Positions 17,385 through 27,490 of a stretch of DNA of 37,012 nucleotides are shown piece after piece; position 1 is the stretch's first letter, and each line of letters begins with the position of its first letter. This stretch comes from a virus. Lineage: Duplodnaviria; Caudoviricetes. The DNA is taken from IMG/VR virus record IMGVR_UViG_3300037313_000116, positions 1 through 37,012 of that record, one strand, 5' to 3'. Made by a program: the position numbers and the translations under genes. The notes under the pieces were generated by a model that was given only the letters and a program-made list of their open reading frames with translations, ran no database searches and was not told where the DNA came from.

Positions 17385-18920
17385 TTATCGGATCGTCACA
17401 AACTCAATTAGAATAGATACGGTTAGATCAACGACCGTGGTGTTTGAGAATGTAATTTTTTTGTTAGTAGCATCCCCTGCAATAGTTAAAGACCTATTGA
17501 CAGCATTAGCCACCGTAGAGACGGTACTGAGATTTGCAGCAGTGCCATAATTATTTACCAAGAAATCAAATTTTTGGTAGCTTCCTTGGTTTTGCGAACC
17601 ATTTAGATAACTATGTACTCGAATAGTACCAGCAGCCACATTTTCATTGACAAACGTACCCTTGAGTACCGAAGCAATATCGAGGGAGTACACACCTGTA
17701 GTATTGCTGATAGTGGTAGTAAGGGAGATAGTAGCCGTTTGTTTACCAAGATACCGATAAGTGTAGTCAGTGAATGCAACACGCTCTAGAGTAAACCAAC
17801 CAAGGCCGGTCAAGCCTGTTGCAGCAGTACTACCAAATGAGGAATCTTTAACCGTGTTACCACCAGACAGGGACAGGGTAGAATCTACGTTCACACCTTT
17901 ATCCATAGTAAGCCGGTCAAAGTCGCACTTAATACATGCAGACAAGGCACAGGAGACACTTCCCTGTGTATTCGTGGCGGTAAACCGGGAGACTTTAATT
18001 CGGTTGTTATAGTTACCTGCGGTGTTATACCCAACAAGTAGGGCACGATTTCCAGCAGCATTTACCAGACAGTTGCTAAGTGTAATGTCCGAGGAATCAT
18101 TAATCTCAATATTATCACCGCCAACACTATTACAATTTACATTGGCAACTTCGCCACGATTAGTCTCGGTGAACGTGATAGCAATAGCAAAGCCACTATT
18201 GTATGTGAGAGTGTCAAAGTTTAGATTTTTGGCAGTGAAGTTATCACACTTATAGAAGTGAATACCGAAACCATAAACGTTGGAGACACTCATATTCTCC
18301 ACAGACACAAAGGTGCTGCGGGTTGTTCCAGCAGGCTCAAAGGCCAATGCATAGGCAAAGTAACCGGAACCATTGATACCAGAATTGGTGAAACTATAAT
18401 TACGTACTGTGGAGTAGGTGGACCCATTCAGATAGAGACCAACTCGCAAACAGTTTGTAATGGTCAGGTCAGTGAACTGTGTATAGGACCACCCACTCAA
18501 CCAAACACCACCAATCACATTGGTATAACTATTATTGACTTGATTACAATCTAGCGTGCCATTAATCACCCCAAAGTTAGTGCCGGGAATACCACTATCA
18601 TAAAACAATGGGGCATTCGTACCGGCTTTAGCCTTCAGGGTACTTTGCTTTAGATTTACAAGAACGTTACTTTTTGGGACAATCTTGGTGGAGACGTATG
18701 TCTTACCGGCCTCAAACCAGACTTGACCACCGCCGATAGAATTCGCAAAGGAAACGGCAGCTTGAATAGCAGCAGTATCATCAGTAGAACCATCACCCAC
18801 GGCTCCAAAATCTTTAACACTGACAATCGCTTTAGAAAGAAAAACCAGTGTGTTATTTACGCTGTTAAGCCAGTCGGCAGTAACAGTCGTAATATTAGGG
18901 ATAAATTTAGTATCAATCAT
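17385..18920 (-). CDS. tailspike 2, right-handed beta-helix putative depolymerase
   Basis: WLNSVN anchor; VSVKDFGAVGDG.TDDTAAIQAA; Asn-rich beta-helix rungs. Confidence 0.85.
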   Translation of the reverse strand: MIDTKFIPNITTVTADWLNSVNNTLVFLSKAIVSVKDFGAVGDGSTDDTAAIQAAVSFANSIGGGQVWFEAGKTYVSTKIVPKSNVLVNLKQSTLKAKAGTNAPLFYDSGIPGTNFGVINGTLDCNQVNNSYTNVIGGVWLSGWSYTQFTDLTITNCLRVGLYLNGSTYSTVRNYSFTNSGINGSGYFAYALAFEPAGTTRSTFVSVENMSVSNVYGFGIHFYKCDNFTAKNLNFDTLTYNSGFAIAITFTETNRGEVANVNCNSVGGDNIEINDSSDITLSNCLVNAAGNRALLVGYNTAGNYNNRIKVSRFTATNTQGSVSCALSACIKCDFDRLTMDKGVNVDSTLSLSGGNTVKDSSFGSTAATGLTGLGWFTLERVAFTDYTYRYLGKQTATISLTTTISNTTGVYSLDIASVLKGTFVNENVAAGTIRVHSYLNGSQNQGSYQKFDFLVNNYGTAANLSTVSTVANAVNRSLTIAGDATNKKITFSNTTVVDLTVSILIEFVTIR

Positions 18921-19294
18921 AGTGGAGAGAGTGAACCTGCTTTGAAGGTTGAGGCAATCGCTATGTCAGCAATCGGTAGGGTTGCAGTATCCCCAACAAT
19001 AATTGGGATACCTGCGAGAGCACAATCAGCAGTGCCAATATCTGCCATACCACCTGTGGTGGGATATGGACATAATGAGGGGGCTACAAATTGATCGGTA
19101 GGTTCAGGTACAGTATATGGAACAGCGGTATGTTCAGGACGTACGCGAATAAAGTCAAGAATGTGCCGTTCTTCAAAATCACTCTTACATACTATAAGCC
19201 CATCCCACCGCTTGCGAACCTCATCGCTTTTAAACTTGCGCCCGCAAACTTCGCAAATAACGTTCCAGCTTCCGGGCTTATAGTAGTTATTCAT
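18917..19294 (-). CDS. phage protein with Zn-ribbon-like N-terminus
   Basis: CEVCGRKFK...WDGLIVC..DFE.RH. Confidence 0.7.
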   Translation of the reverse strand: MNNYYKPGSWNVICEVCGRKFKSDEVRKRWDGLIVCKSDFEERHILDFIRVRPEHTAVPYTVPEPTDQFVAPSLCPYPTTGGMADIGTADCALAGIPIIVGDTATLPIADIAIASTFKAGSLSPL

Positions 19295-19581
19295 TACGTA
19301 GTTCCGTGATAGACGATAGCAGAAGCACCAGTACCATTCACTGTTACATAAAGGCCGACATCAGCCCGTACTGCTTTATTGAACAGAATGTCTTTGATGT
19401 TTTCACTACCAGCTACGACAGCTTTAACAAGCATAATGCCATTAGTATCAGTGCCGTCATATACAACAACGGTAGCAGCATTAGTACCGTCAGTATTCAC
19501 GAGAACACCATTTAGTAGACCCTTACCAGTAACCACCTGAGTATTCGCAGTAAGAGCACCAGAACTAATCGAAGAAGCCAT
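19294..19581 (-). CDS. small beta-rich putative virion protein
   Basis: AAGGA RBS, composition, location. Confidence 0.65.
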   Translation of the reverse strand: MASSISSGALTANTQVVTGKGLLNGVLVNTDGTNAATVVVYDGTDTNGIMLVKAVVAGSENIKDILFNKAVRADVGLYVTVNGTGASAIVYHGTT

Positions 19582-19594
19582 AATTAGATTCCTT

Positions 19595-19616
19595 AAAAGA
19601 GGGGGCCGAAGCCCCC
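19595..19616 (-). terminator. intrinsic terminator
   Basis: GGGGGC-TTCG-GCCCCC-TCTTTT on minus strand. Confidence 0.85.
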
Positions 19617-19620
19617 GGTG

Positions 19621-20052
19621 TTAGCGGACGTACGATACAATGACAGTGTAGGGACCACCAGCACTGGAAGCAGTACCCGATTCTGCATACTTGGCATACA
19701 GGGAAATGTCAGTACCAAGCGGGGTATTTTCCAGAGCTGCAAAGGCAGCACCAACAGTGGAAGTGGGGCGAATCAAACCACCAGCAGTTTTAACGTCTTG
19801 TGCATTGACAAGTTCATTAGCCGTCGAGGTAGTGCCCACACTAACAGTTGCCGTAGTACCAGCGTCAGAAGCAGCACCGTAAATCACCACATCAACAATG
19901 GTTGCATCTGCCGGAAGCACACACTTTACAGAAGCAGTAGTATCCGTACGAGAGACTCGGAATGCCTTCAGAACTACGTCCTTGGCATAAGGAGTGACAG
20001 CAGTGGGGCCATAAGAGGCTACTGGTGCCACATCAAGAATTTTAAGACCCAT
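19621..20052 (-). CDS. putative capsid decoration / minor structural protein
   Basis: Follows major capsid, AAGGAG RBS, LPA.A.I.DV beta-sandwich pattern. Confidence 0.65.
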   Translation of the reverse strand: MGLKILDVAPVASYGPTAVTPYAKDVVLKAFRVSRTDTTASVKCVLPADATIVDVVIYGAASDAGTTATVSVGTTSTANELVNAQDVKTAGGLIRPTSTVGAAFAALENTPLGTDISLYAKYAESGTASSAGGPYTVIVSYVR

Positions 20053-20065
20053 CTAGGGACTCCTT

Positions 20066-20105
20066 AAAAAATAAAGGGGATACAGCGTTTGAATTCTGTA
20101 CCCCC
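20066..20105 (-). terminator. intrinsic terminator after major capsid
   Basis: GGGGTACAG...CTGTATCCCC-TTTATTTTTT on minus strand. Confidence 0.7.
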
Positions 20106-20125
20106 TCTGGGTTAGTTACCTAAGA

Positions 20126-21037
20126 TTAGGCACCTTGCGAGCCGTACAGCCCCTTCGGATCAGTCCAACCCCACGAAGCACGGAACGAAGCTTTGAACTT
20201 CGCGTTCTCAGTGTCAAAGTCGTTGTCCATACCAAACTCGTCAGCACGACGCTCAAAATACTTCATGCCGTTGGGCACATCAGTACGAATGAACCATGCA
20301 TCCGGATCAGTCAGGTAATGGTTGACGATCACATCTTTGAACATACCCATGTTGTTCAGGGCGTTGATGTCGTTGTTATCAGTACCAACACGGCCAGTCG
20401 ATTTCAGAATACGAGCAGCCTCAAATTGCAGTTGATACGGGATAATCAGCGAGCGAGGTTTAACAGCAATACGCAGACCACGGTCATTGGTGTAACCGGC
20501 GATATCAATCACAGCCTGTTCCAGCGAAGCTTCCGAAAGGTCCGAAGCAGTACCGATCAGGTTCGACCAAGTACCACCAGTAACATTCGGGTGCGAAGCC
20601 GACAGCAGAGCGACACCATCACCACCAGTGTAGGACGAGCTAAATGCTCGGTTATACACGTTAGCACCAAGAATCTCTTTGGTTTGGCGAATCGAATATG
20701 CAAGACCTTTGGCCTTGTTTTGACCCACGATGTCATACTGGTCATCTTCCATGATTTCACGGGTGATGATAAAGCCCAGTGCGAACACTGCATGGGTGTA
20801 ACGATTCGTGAAGCCCTGACGTTCCGAATCATACGAGATCGGAGCGCCTTCCGGCTTTTGGATTGCCAAGCCAAAGCTTGCCAGCCCCACATCCTCTTCA
20901 TACGCACGGTTCGAAGTGAACTTCTCAAAGAGCTTTTCAAACTCTACATCGTACTCGTTGTAAGCCTTACCGTACCAAGCATTTACGCCGGGCCATAGAG
21001 CTTTGGCAAACGAGCCACTATTCATAATAGTAGACAT
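20126..21037 (-). CDS. major capsid protein (Mu gpT-like annotation family)
   Basis: ALWPG, S.RAYEE, K.EG..I.YD, LGF.IT.E..EDD.Y, GGDGV.L.S..HP, YLTD.DAWF, GW.DP.G.YGS.GA. Confidence 0.9.
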   Translation of the reverse strand: MSTIMNSGSFAKALWPGVNAWYGKAYNEYDVEFEKLFEKFTSNRAYEEDVGLASFGLAIQKPEGAPISYDSERQGFTNRYTHAVFALGFIITREIMEDDQYDIVGQNKAKGLAYSIRQTKEILGANVYNRAFSSSYTGGDGVALLSASHPNVTGGTWSNLIGTASDLSEASLEQAVIDIAGYTNDRGLRIAVKPRSLIIPYQLQFEAARILKSTGRVGTDNNDINALNNMGMFKDVIVNHYLTDPDAWFIRTDVPNGMKYFERRADEFGMDNDFDTENAKFKASFRASWGWTDPKGLYGSQGA

Positions 21038-21054
21038 TAACTAGTCTCCCCTAA

Positions 21055-21648
21055 TTAGACACCAGCAACGCCATTGGCGAACTGATGTTTATTGATACGC
21101 ACAATCACTTTCGAGTTAGCGGCAGTGTTGTCGTTATCAATACGTTGAGTGAACCCCATAATCTTCAACGGCAGGGTAGAGGTAGTAGCAGCAGTACCAA
21201 CATCCAGAGTCATGCCCGAAGAACCAGTGGTAGTCGAACCTCCTGCAACCGCAAAGTTTGCATTCAGGCCCACATCGGCAACACCCAGAGTACCATTCGA
21301 AGTTTGCACTTCAAACAGAACGCTCGGATCATCACAGACGAGGACATATCGACCAGTCGAAGCTGCACGGTATTGCGGGGTATCGAGAACACCTGGTTGC
21401 ACAGCAAAACCAACCACGACACCGATAACAGTATCACCAGCAGCAGCTTGCACAACAGATTGAACACCGAGACCCTTACCACCAGCAGCGGTAGTATCAC
21501 CAGTAGCATCGGCTTTCACCAGATCACCGACAAAAGTTGCAGTAGCGTCACCACTCGGAATAAAGTACGTATTGACCATTCCGTTGTACTGAGCGCCGTT
21601 TGCATAGCGAATGGGGCGGAACCCACTCACACGGCTTACGTTAGCCAT
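21055..21648 (-). CDS. capsid-associated structural protein
   Basis: MAN....GFRP, FVGD.V, DDP...FEVQ, V.IN.H pattern seen upstream of this capsid type. Confidence 0.7.
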   Translation of the reverse strand: MANVSRVSGFRPIRYANGAQYNGMVNTYFIPSGDATATFVGDLVKADATGDTTAAGGKGLGVQSVVQAAAGDTVIGVVVGFAVQPGVLDTPQYRAASTGRYVLVCDDPSVLFEVQTSNGTLGVADVGLNANFAVAGGSTTTGSSGMTLDVGTAATTSTLPLKIMGFTQRIDNDNTAANSKVIVRINKHQFANGVAGV

Positions 21649-21684
21649 AGATTATCTCCATTAGATAAAACACACATCAGTCAC

Positions 21685-22092
21685 TTAGTCTCGCTCAATA
21701 TCGAGCTTTCCGTAAGTCCCTTTCAGTGCATCAGCTTTGGTGGCTGCTTCAGTAGCAGCAACGTCATTAATTTTTCGTTGCTGATCCTCATCAAACCACT
21801 CCTTTTTAATACGCATGACGACGGCTTTTACACCGCCGCCTACGGAGGCAGTCGCAGCAGAGCCTTCGGCCGAGGCTGCATTAATACGACGATCTCCAAT
21901 AGTCACATCTTTTGCAGAGACAACTTCATATCCAGCGGACTTCAATTGCTCCACGCGGTCTCCCGTGTCGTTTACGATACGATACTCAAAGCCGGCTTCT
22001 TTACCACCGACAGTCAGAACATTACGCGCACCGACAGGGGTACGGCGTACACGCCCGCTCGGGCTTTTCGCAATAGCGTCTTTATTCGTCAT
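21685..22092 (-). CDS. conserved head-module hypothetical protein
   Basis: GFEYR.VND...R......GY..V...MRI..EW..EDQ..K. Confidence 0.7.
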   Translation of the reverse strand: MTNKDAIAKSPSGRVRRTPVGARNVLTVGGKEAGFEYRIVNDTGDRVEQLKSAGYEVVSAKDVTIGDRRINAASAEGSAATASVGGGVKAVVMRIKKEWFDEDQQRKINDVAATEAATKADALKGTYGKLDIERD

Positions 22093-22094
22093 GA

Positions 22095-22901
22095 TTAAAC
22101 TCCTTTAACCTTGTTAAGTTCTGCCATATACTGCTCTTTAGTCATCACACCAGTACGAACAAACGTATTCATGATACGACGTTCGTCATCAGTCAGGGAG
22201 GACTCATTTAGAGCACGTCCACCACCTTTACCACCACCTTTCGAAGTGCCTTCGACAACAGGTGCTTTTTCACGGTTGGGATTGCGGAACTTAGCTGGAA
22301 ACTCTTCCTTTACTTTTGCCTCAACTTGTCGCAGAACTTCCGAAGGGGTCATGCCCTGTGCTCGGAGTTCCAGACCCAATGCATCAGCAAAAGCCTTCAT
22401 TGGTTTAGATGTTTCATACCAAGGGTTGCGTTTAGTCCAAGCAGCAAACTCAGGATGGATAACTTCCGCAGTGGAAGCGCGTTGTGCTTCTTGTGCCTGC
22501 TCTACTTCAAACTTACGTTGTGCCTCTTTAACAGCTTCCAGCCGGTCATCAATCTCGATGACTTTATCCGGATCACCATCAATCAGGGCATCACGCTTCT
22601 GAGTCTTGAGGTCAGAAAGAGCACGTTTATACTCGGTCTCACGAACTTGAGCGTGGTGTTGCTTAAGAGCCTCAAGGCCACGTTTCAGTTCTTTAAGTTC
22701 CCGATTTTGGAGATCAAGCTTTTGGAAAAGAGGTGCTCGACGAACGAACTCACCTGCATCTACCCACTTAGCCGGATCACCATGAAACTCATCCTTCGGA
22801 ACCCAACCAGACTCCCGTGCTTCGACTTCGATAGCATCAGGCTCATGGTTTTGGATTTCGGTTGCTTCTTGATTTTCTACCTCTTGGTTATTATCACTCA
22901 T
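22095..22901 (-). CDS. scaffolding protein
   Basis: Acidic N-terminus, GW.PK.E......WVDA.EF, coiled coil, W...NPW, position between portal and capsid. Confidence 0.75.
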   Translation of the reverse strand: MSDNNQEVENQEATEIQNHEPDAIEVEARESGWVPKDEFHGDPAKWVDAGEFVRRAPLFQKLDLQNRELKELKRGLEALKQHHAQVRETEYKRALSDLKTQKRDALIDGDPDKVIEIDDRLEAVKEAQRKFEVEQAQEAQRASTAEVIHPEFAAWTKRNPWYETSKPMKAFADALGLELRAQGMTPSEVLRQVEAKVKEEFPAKFRNPNREKAPVVEGTSKGGGKGGGRALNESSLTDDERRIMNTFVRTGVMTKEQYMAELNKVKGV

Positions 22902-23262
22902 CTTTAATTACCTTTGTAATTTTGCAGATGATATCCTCATCGTTAAGAACAAGAATGTCTTCATCTGTGTCTGGGTCTTTTACGAATTTACCTGCATGCC
23001 GGGCATACGCCACATAATCACCTACATCACACCACGGTTCTCCACCGAAATCCCGGAAAGCCGTCTTGCCAATAGTAAGCACGACACCCTGATCCACAGA
23101 GGCTCGCTCACGATTGATCTGAGCCTCCAGTTCATCTTGGTATTGGTCCGGGATAACTAGACCAAGAGATTCGGCCTTTTTCTTAGTTTTCTCTGCCTCA
23201 AGGTCTTTAACCTTGAAGTCCGGTCGGATAGTCAGTCGGTGGCCAAGAGCTTCAATTGCCAT
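22894..23262 (-). CDS. GroES-like co-chaperonin
   Basis: LG.RL.I.P, G.V..IG, VGD.V.Y..HAG, LND.DI; start at MAIEAL with GAGGT RBS. Confidence 0.85.
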   Translation of the reverse strand: MAIEALGHRLTIRPDFKVKDLEAEKTKKKAESLGLVIPDQYQDELEAQINRERASVDQGVVLTIGKTAFRDFGGEPWCDVGDYVAYARHAGKFVKDPDTDEDILVLNDEDIICKITKVIKDE

Positions 23263-23467
23263 TTTCCACCTCATCAAATTGAATATTCAGAAGATCAATC
23301 AATGCCTGAATATATCCCACTCGATACCTATCAGTTCTGATATCAATCCCAGCATTGCCACTGAGTTCATCCTTAACTCCCTGAATACGCACATTCAGTT
23401 CATTAAAGACAGCTTTAGTAACAGAATTGGACTTCCAATCTCGAAAACTATCTTTTGTAATAGACAT
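23252..23467 (-). CDS. hypothetical protein
   Basis: F..WK...VT motif; coupled to portal stop. Confidence 0.7.
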   Translation of the reverse strand: MSITKDSFRDWKSNSVTKAVFNELNVRIQGVKDELSGNAGIDIRTDRYRVGYIQALIDLLNIQFDEVENGN

Positions 23468-25656
23468 TAGGCTCCCTTAGTCTTTGGTTTAGATTTAGCC
23501 GCTGCGGCTTGATGTTGCATCTTCTGTTGATGCGATTGCTCATTATGTACCATCTTTTGAGCATGCTGTTGCTGAGATTGCTGGGCCTGTTGTTGAGCTT
23601 GTACAATCTTAGACTGGATTTGATGCTGTTCAGCAACTGCTTGAAGTCTGGATTGCATTTCTTGCATAGCCAGATCATGCTGTTGCTTCTGAGCAGCCAT
23701 TGCCTGTTTAAACTGCTGATCTCGTTGATCCAACTGAGACTTAAAGGCCATTTGTTGTTGAGCCAAGTCTGCTTTCTGGGCCTCTGCCTGCATCTTCATA
23801 TTAAGCTCTTGAGCTTTTGGATCAGGCTGCTGAGGAGGTTGTCCAGTTTGTTGAACTTGCGGATGGAACAGTTTCTGAATATTCGGTTGCTCTTGTGCTT
23901 CAAGAACTCGAGTAACAACTTCGATGGGATCAAGAACACCCATCGGCAGAAGTTCCACAAGACCCTGAGCTTTCAACAGACGCTCTGTTTGAGAGACTGC
24001 ACTTGGATCAGCCCCCGGACAAATCGAATATCCAATCTCTTTGAAGTCATTGGGATTGACATTATCATCAATCACTTCTACATACGTATCTGGATTTAGA
24101 TAGACTTCATTGAGGCGATAAAGCTTTTTAAACTCTTCTGCAAGGGCTCGGTAGATACGCTTATATACAGCCGTAAATACCTTCATCCCTTGCTCAATGG
24201 TGGCCATAGTCGTAGTAGCCGGAGTATTTTGCCCCGGCATCTTACCAACAAAGATTTCAGCCACAGACGCAAGCTCCTTACCGCTAGTGATGAGAGCACC
24301 CATCAACTGAAACAGCACATTGCTTGGCTCCTTCACAGGCAGGGGAAGAATTTGTTTCTTCAGGTCGTCAGCAGTAGCATTTACTGCTTTCCACTCTCCC
24401 GGCTGGAATCGAGTCTCTCCCATTTTGATGCGAAGCCCTTTACCGATAAAGCCCGATTGCAGGTTACTAAGGGAACCAGCATCAACAAGTTGGTTGATTA
24501 GGGTGTTTACCGATTCGTTAAGTGGCCCAAGAAGGACACCAAAACCAATGTCGTAAAAACTACCATCAGGATTGGGGATAAAACCAAACTTAGTATAGTA
24601 CTGAATAGGTTCAATATAGATGACTTTACCATCATTATCTACCTTCAGACCTTTCTCATCAAAACGAGCAACAATACGAAGAACAGTGCCACTCTCACGA
24701 TGGAATGTAACAATATAAGGCTCTTCATATCCGTCATCGTCCAAATCAAGGAAGGTGTGCTGTTCAATGAACGTATATGGAGTCGTGGCATCGTTGGTAG
24801 GAGCGTTCTTCGAATCCTGTGGCATCTTCGGATCGCCGATGTCCGTGTCAAGGAACAGTTCAGCATTGACTCGTTCCTGATACAGTCGCTTCGACATTTC
24901 GATGATTTCAGATACCCGCTCTGCTTGTTCCAGATGACGGGTCCAATAATTCACTACCAGATTCTTAGGCATCACCAACTTAGAGCAATTACGCTCATGT
25001 AGGGAATCCCAATAAGTCTTTTTGAACATAGTACCAATCACGGGAAGCATGATAAGGAGTTTGTCCATATCCTCTTCCCAACCATCCATTTCCTCCATAA
25101 GTTGATGACTTACGTAAATAGAAGTGTGTTCGGCACGCTTTTGTTTCTCCCCCGTGGGGTCTTTCCCAATTACTTTAGACTTAACAATTCGACCATCTGA
25201 AGGAACCAGCGATGGGTAAGCTCGTGCAGCGAACTGCATAGCCGCCGTAGATAGGAGCGGATACTTGACGTTGGAAGCCTTTGGCCAAGGATATGTTTTC
25301 TGCTCCTTAGCTTGAGTAGCCAGTTTAGTCCATTCATCAATATTCCTTTCCCAATCACTACGACTCTCCAAGTCTTGCTCAAAACCCTTCTTACACTGGC
25401 TGCCAATCTCTCGAAGTTTATCTTCATCGAGATTCTCGGCAATGTTGGTACTCTCAAGCAGAGATCGAATCTGAGGCTGTTCATCAGACTGAGATACTTG
25501 AGAGTCCTCCATACCACTCCCCGGAGTGTAGGCACCAGTGGTCGGGGTAGGAGTACCCATAGGTGCATTCTGATATACCTGCGGGCTACCGATTGCCTCA
25601 GCCATATTGGGGTCATTCCCCATAGCATTAGGGGATACTTGTCCCGGAATATTCAT
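23467..25656 (-). CDS. portal protein (P22-like with Gln-rich C-terminal barrel)
   Basis: D.ESR..W, PW..ASN..YP, G..FKK.Y.D, FY..GFG, L.DAG.L.N, Q-rich tail. Confidence 0.9.
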   Translation of the reverse strand: MNIPGQVSPNAMGNDPNMAEAIGSPQVYQNAPMGTPTPTTGAYTPGSGMEDSQVSQSDEQPQIRSLLESTNIAENLDEDKLREIGSQCKKGFEQDLESRSDWERNIDEWTKLATQAKEQKTYPWPKASNVKYPLLSTAAMQFAARAYPSLVPSDGRIVKSKVIGKDPTGEKQKRAEHTSIYVSHQLMEEMDGWEEDMDKLLIMLPVIGTMFKKTYWDSLHERNCSKLVMPKNLVVNYWTRHLEQAERVSEIIEMSKRLYQERVNAELFLDTDIGDPKMPQDSKNAPTNDATTPYTFIEQHTFLDLDDDGYEEPYIVTFHRESGTVLRIVARFDEKGLKVDNDGKVIYIEPIQYYTKFGFIPNPDGSFYDIGFGVLLGPLNESVNTLINQLVDAGSLSNLQSGFIGKGLRIKMGETRFQPGEWKAVNATADDLKKQILPLPVKEPSNVLFQLMGALITSGKELASVAEIFVGKMPGQNTPATTTMATIEQGMKVFTAVYKRIYRALAEEFKKLYRLNEVYLNPDTYVEVIDDNVNPNDFKEIGYSICPGADPSAVSQTERLLKAQGLVELLPMGVLDPIEVVTRVLEAQEQPNIQKLFHPQVQQTGQPPQQPDPKAQELNMKMQAEAQKADLAQQQMAFKSQLDQRDQQFKQAMAAQKQQHDLAMQEMQSRLQAVAEQHQIQSKIVQAQQQAQQSQQQHAQKMVHNEQSHQQKMQHQAAAAKSKPKTKGA

Positions 25657-25663
25657 ATTTTCC

Positions 25664-27184
25664 TCAATATCCTGTAAAGTTATTTCGACCTGTATCCTCT
25701 AGATCGGATTTACGCATTTCTTCCATATACTCTTCCTCATCCATTTCAACCTGAGTAGGAGCTTCGATAAGTTTATCCAGCATAAGACCTAGATATGCAA
25801 AGGTATCTACTTGGTCATCATGTTTTGCACGAGGAAACCGCAAAAGTTCCTCCTCAAACTCCCCATACCAGTCACTTTCTTTGTCAAATTTAATACCTTT
25901 AGCCCGCATACGAGCCTGAATCGATCGGCTACGTGTCAGTTTATCCTTACCCCCGTGTTTAAGGGGATACAGGTTTAAAAAGGTATTAGTTTTGACCATT
26001 TCTTCACGCAGAAACGGGCCAATTGACTTGGAAACTTGCATATCTTCGATACCTACAGCTTCTGGCTTATACAGCCGCTGAAGAGCAAGAAGTGTATCAA
26101 CGATCTCACGACCATCCATACGCTCACGAATAACATTTTTAACATGAATTACCTTGTTTTCGTCAACACCAGCCACCAAGAACACAGAATAGTCAGCCCG
26201 TTCATTCTCAGAAATAGCCAAGTCAGCGGTCACATAGTAGAGTAACTTGGCTTTCTTGTCATCTTCTGAGATTGGCATGAAATCTGCCTTCTTGAAGTAG
26301 GTAGTAGACATGTCCAAGGGATAATTCAGATACTCTTGACTGTAAACATCGGTAGTACCATCACGAACTGCCTCGTTATAGAGCATTTTGAACCACTCTG
26401 CACTCTTCTTTTGAGGCCAGAGAAGCTCCGTAAAGTTCTCATTATGGGCACGATACTTGACCGATTTCCACAGACTGCGGGCCTTACTGTAGGTTTTTAG
26501 ACCTTCGTGAACCGTTTGTTTGTCATTCTCACGAGGCATCACATTCTCAAGTAGACTATCCATGTGCAGGATAGTGCCTACCATACGAACAATACCTTTG
26601 TCAGAGATACAGGGCAGAAGAGCACCCTTGAACCAGCGTTTCATCTTCTCACGACGGTCTTTATTCATCACCAACTCATCATTCTCCATATCATCACAGA
26701 GAATAATGTCAGGACGAGAGCCGTTCCAGAGGAGACCACGAAGTTTCTGTTCAGCACCTTTCGCAATGATACGGAACCGATGTCCATCATTGAACTCAAC
26801 GATAATATCGTTCTCAGTATCCTTGAGGAACTGGACTTGACCCTTTTCATTACGCTTCAGGTCAAATAGTTCGATTAGGTCTTGATTATCTTGAAGGGCT
26901 TGTTTGAAAGTACCAAGGAACAGAGCAGCCTGTGCTTCTGTGTCAGATACCAGTAGCATGAACTTACGCTCCCGGAACAGGAGGGTACTCATGCCATAAC
27001 CAAGGGTAACACCCGAGGATTTAGCGTGCCCACGAGGAGCAGCCACTGCTACATATTTGTGTGGGGAGCAGCAAAGCTCCCAAACTTCCCGGTGGAAGGG
27101 AGGACTTTCTACTGCCCCGTCGAATCCTTGGCTAAGGATACTGCTGACAAATCCTTGAATAACGTCGGGGCTTAGTTTACTCAT
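25664..27184 (-). CDS. terL: terminase large subunit
   Basis: APRGHAKS Walker A, IILCDD.E Walker B, VGT.LH, DLAIS...ADY, HDDQVD nuclease. Confidence 0.95.
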   Translation of the reverse strand: MSKLSPDVIQGFVSSILSQGFDGAVESPPFHREVWELCCSPHKYVAVAAPRGHAKSSGVTLGYGMSTLLFRERKFMLLVSDTEAQAALFLGTFKQALQDNQDLIELFDLKRNEKGQVQFLKDTENDIIVEFNDGHRFRIIAKGAEQKLRGLLWNGSRPDIILCDDMENDELVMNKDRREKMKRWFKGALLPCISDKGIVRMVGTILHMDSLLENVMPRENDKQTVHEGLKTYSKARSLWKSVKYRAHNENFTELLWPQKKSAEWFKMLYNEAVRDGTTDVYSQEYLNYPLDMSTTYFKKADFMPISEDDKKAKLLYYVTADLAISENERADYSVFLVAGVDENKVIHVKNVIRERMDGREIVDTLLALQRLYKPEAVGIEDMQVSKSIGPFLREEMVKTNTFLNLYPLKHGGKDKLTRSRSIQARMRAKGIKFDKESDWYGEFEEELLRFPRAKHDDQVDTFAYLGLMLDKLIEAPTQVEMDEEEYMEEMRKSDLEDTGRNNFTGY

Positions 27185-27486
27185 CGTTTAGCACGTTCCT
27201 TCTTAGAAGTCTGACTCTTAAGACTGCCATCCTTATTTCGACTAAAGGACCGATTAGCACTCTTACTGACCATACGCCAATTAGAGGGTTTATCCCACGA
27301 GCCTCCCTTAGAAAGAGGTCTAATGTGGTCTAGGTCTTTTCCATCCCCTTTGTGGGCAATGCCCATTTTTTCAGCATGTCGGCGAGCCATTGTTCGCTCA
27401 CTACGTTTCTTAATCACATCTGGTCGGCTGTCATAGTGCGCGTATTCTTTTTTGTAGTCACGATGACCATTTGTCATATAAGGCAT
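27181..27486 (-). CDS. HNH endonuclease
   Basis: KGDGKDLDH..PLSKGG....N.R......NRS; start MPYMTNG. Confidence 0.85.
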   Translation of the reverse strand: MPYMTNGHRDYKKEYAHYDSRPDVIKKRSERTMARRHAEKMGIAHKGDGKDLDHIRPLSKGGSWDKPSNWRMVSKSANRSFSRNKDGSLKSQTSKKERAKR

Positions 27487-27490
27487 AGTT

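Noticed and set aside
20135-22098. Long + strand ORFs (287 aa, 337 aa) opposite capsid genes
   Set aside because: Antisense shadows from biased codon usage; no RBS or recognisable motifs
27181-27486. HNH as intron/intein-associated homing endonuclease
   Set aside because: Free-standing and flanking genes are uninterrupted; TerL and RNR show no insertion
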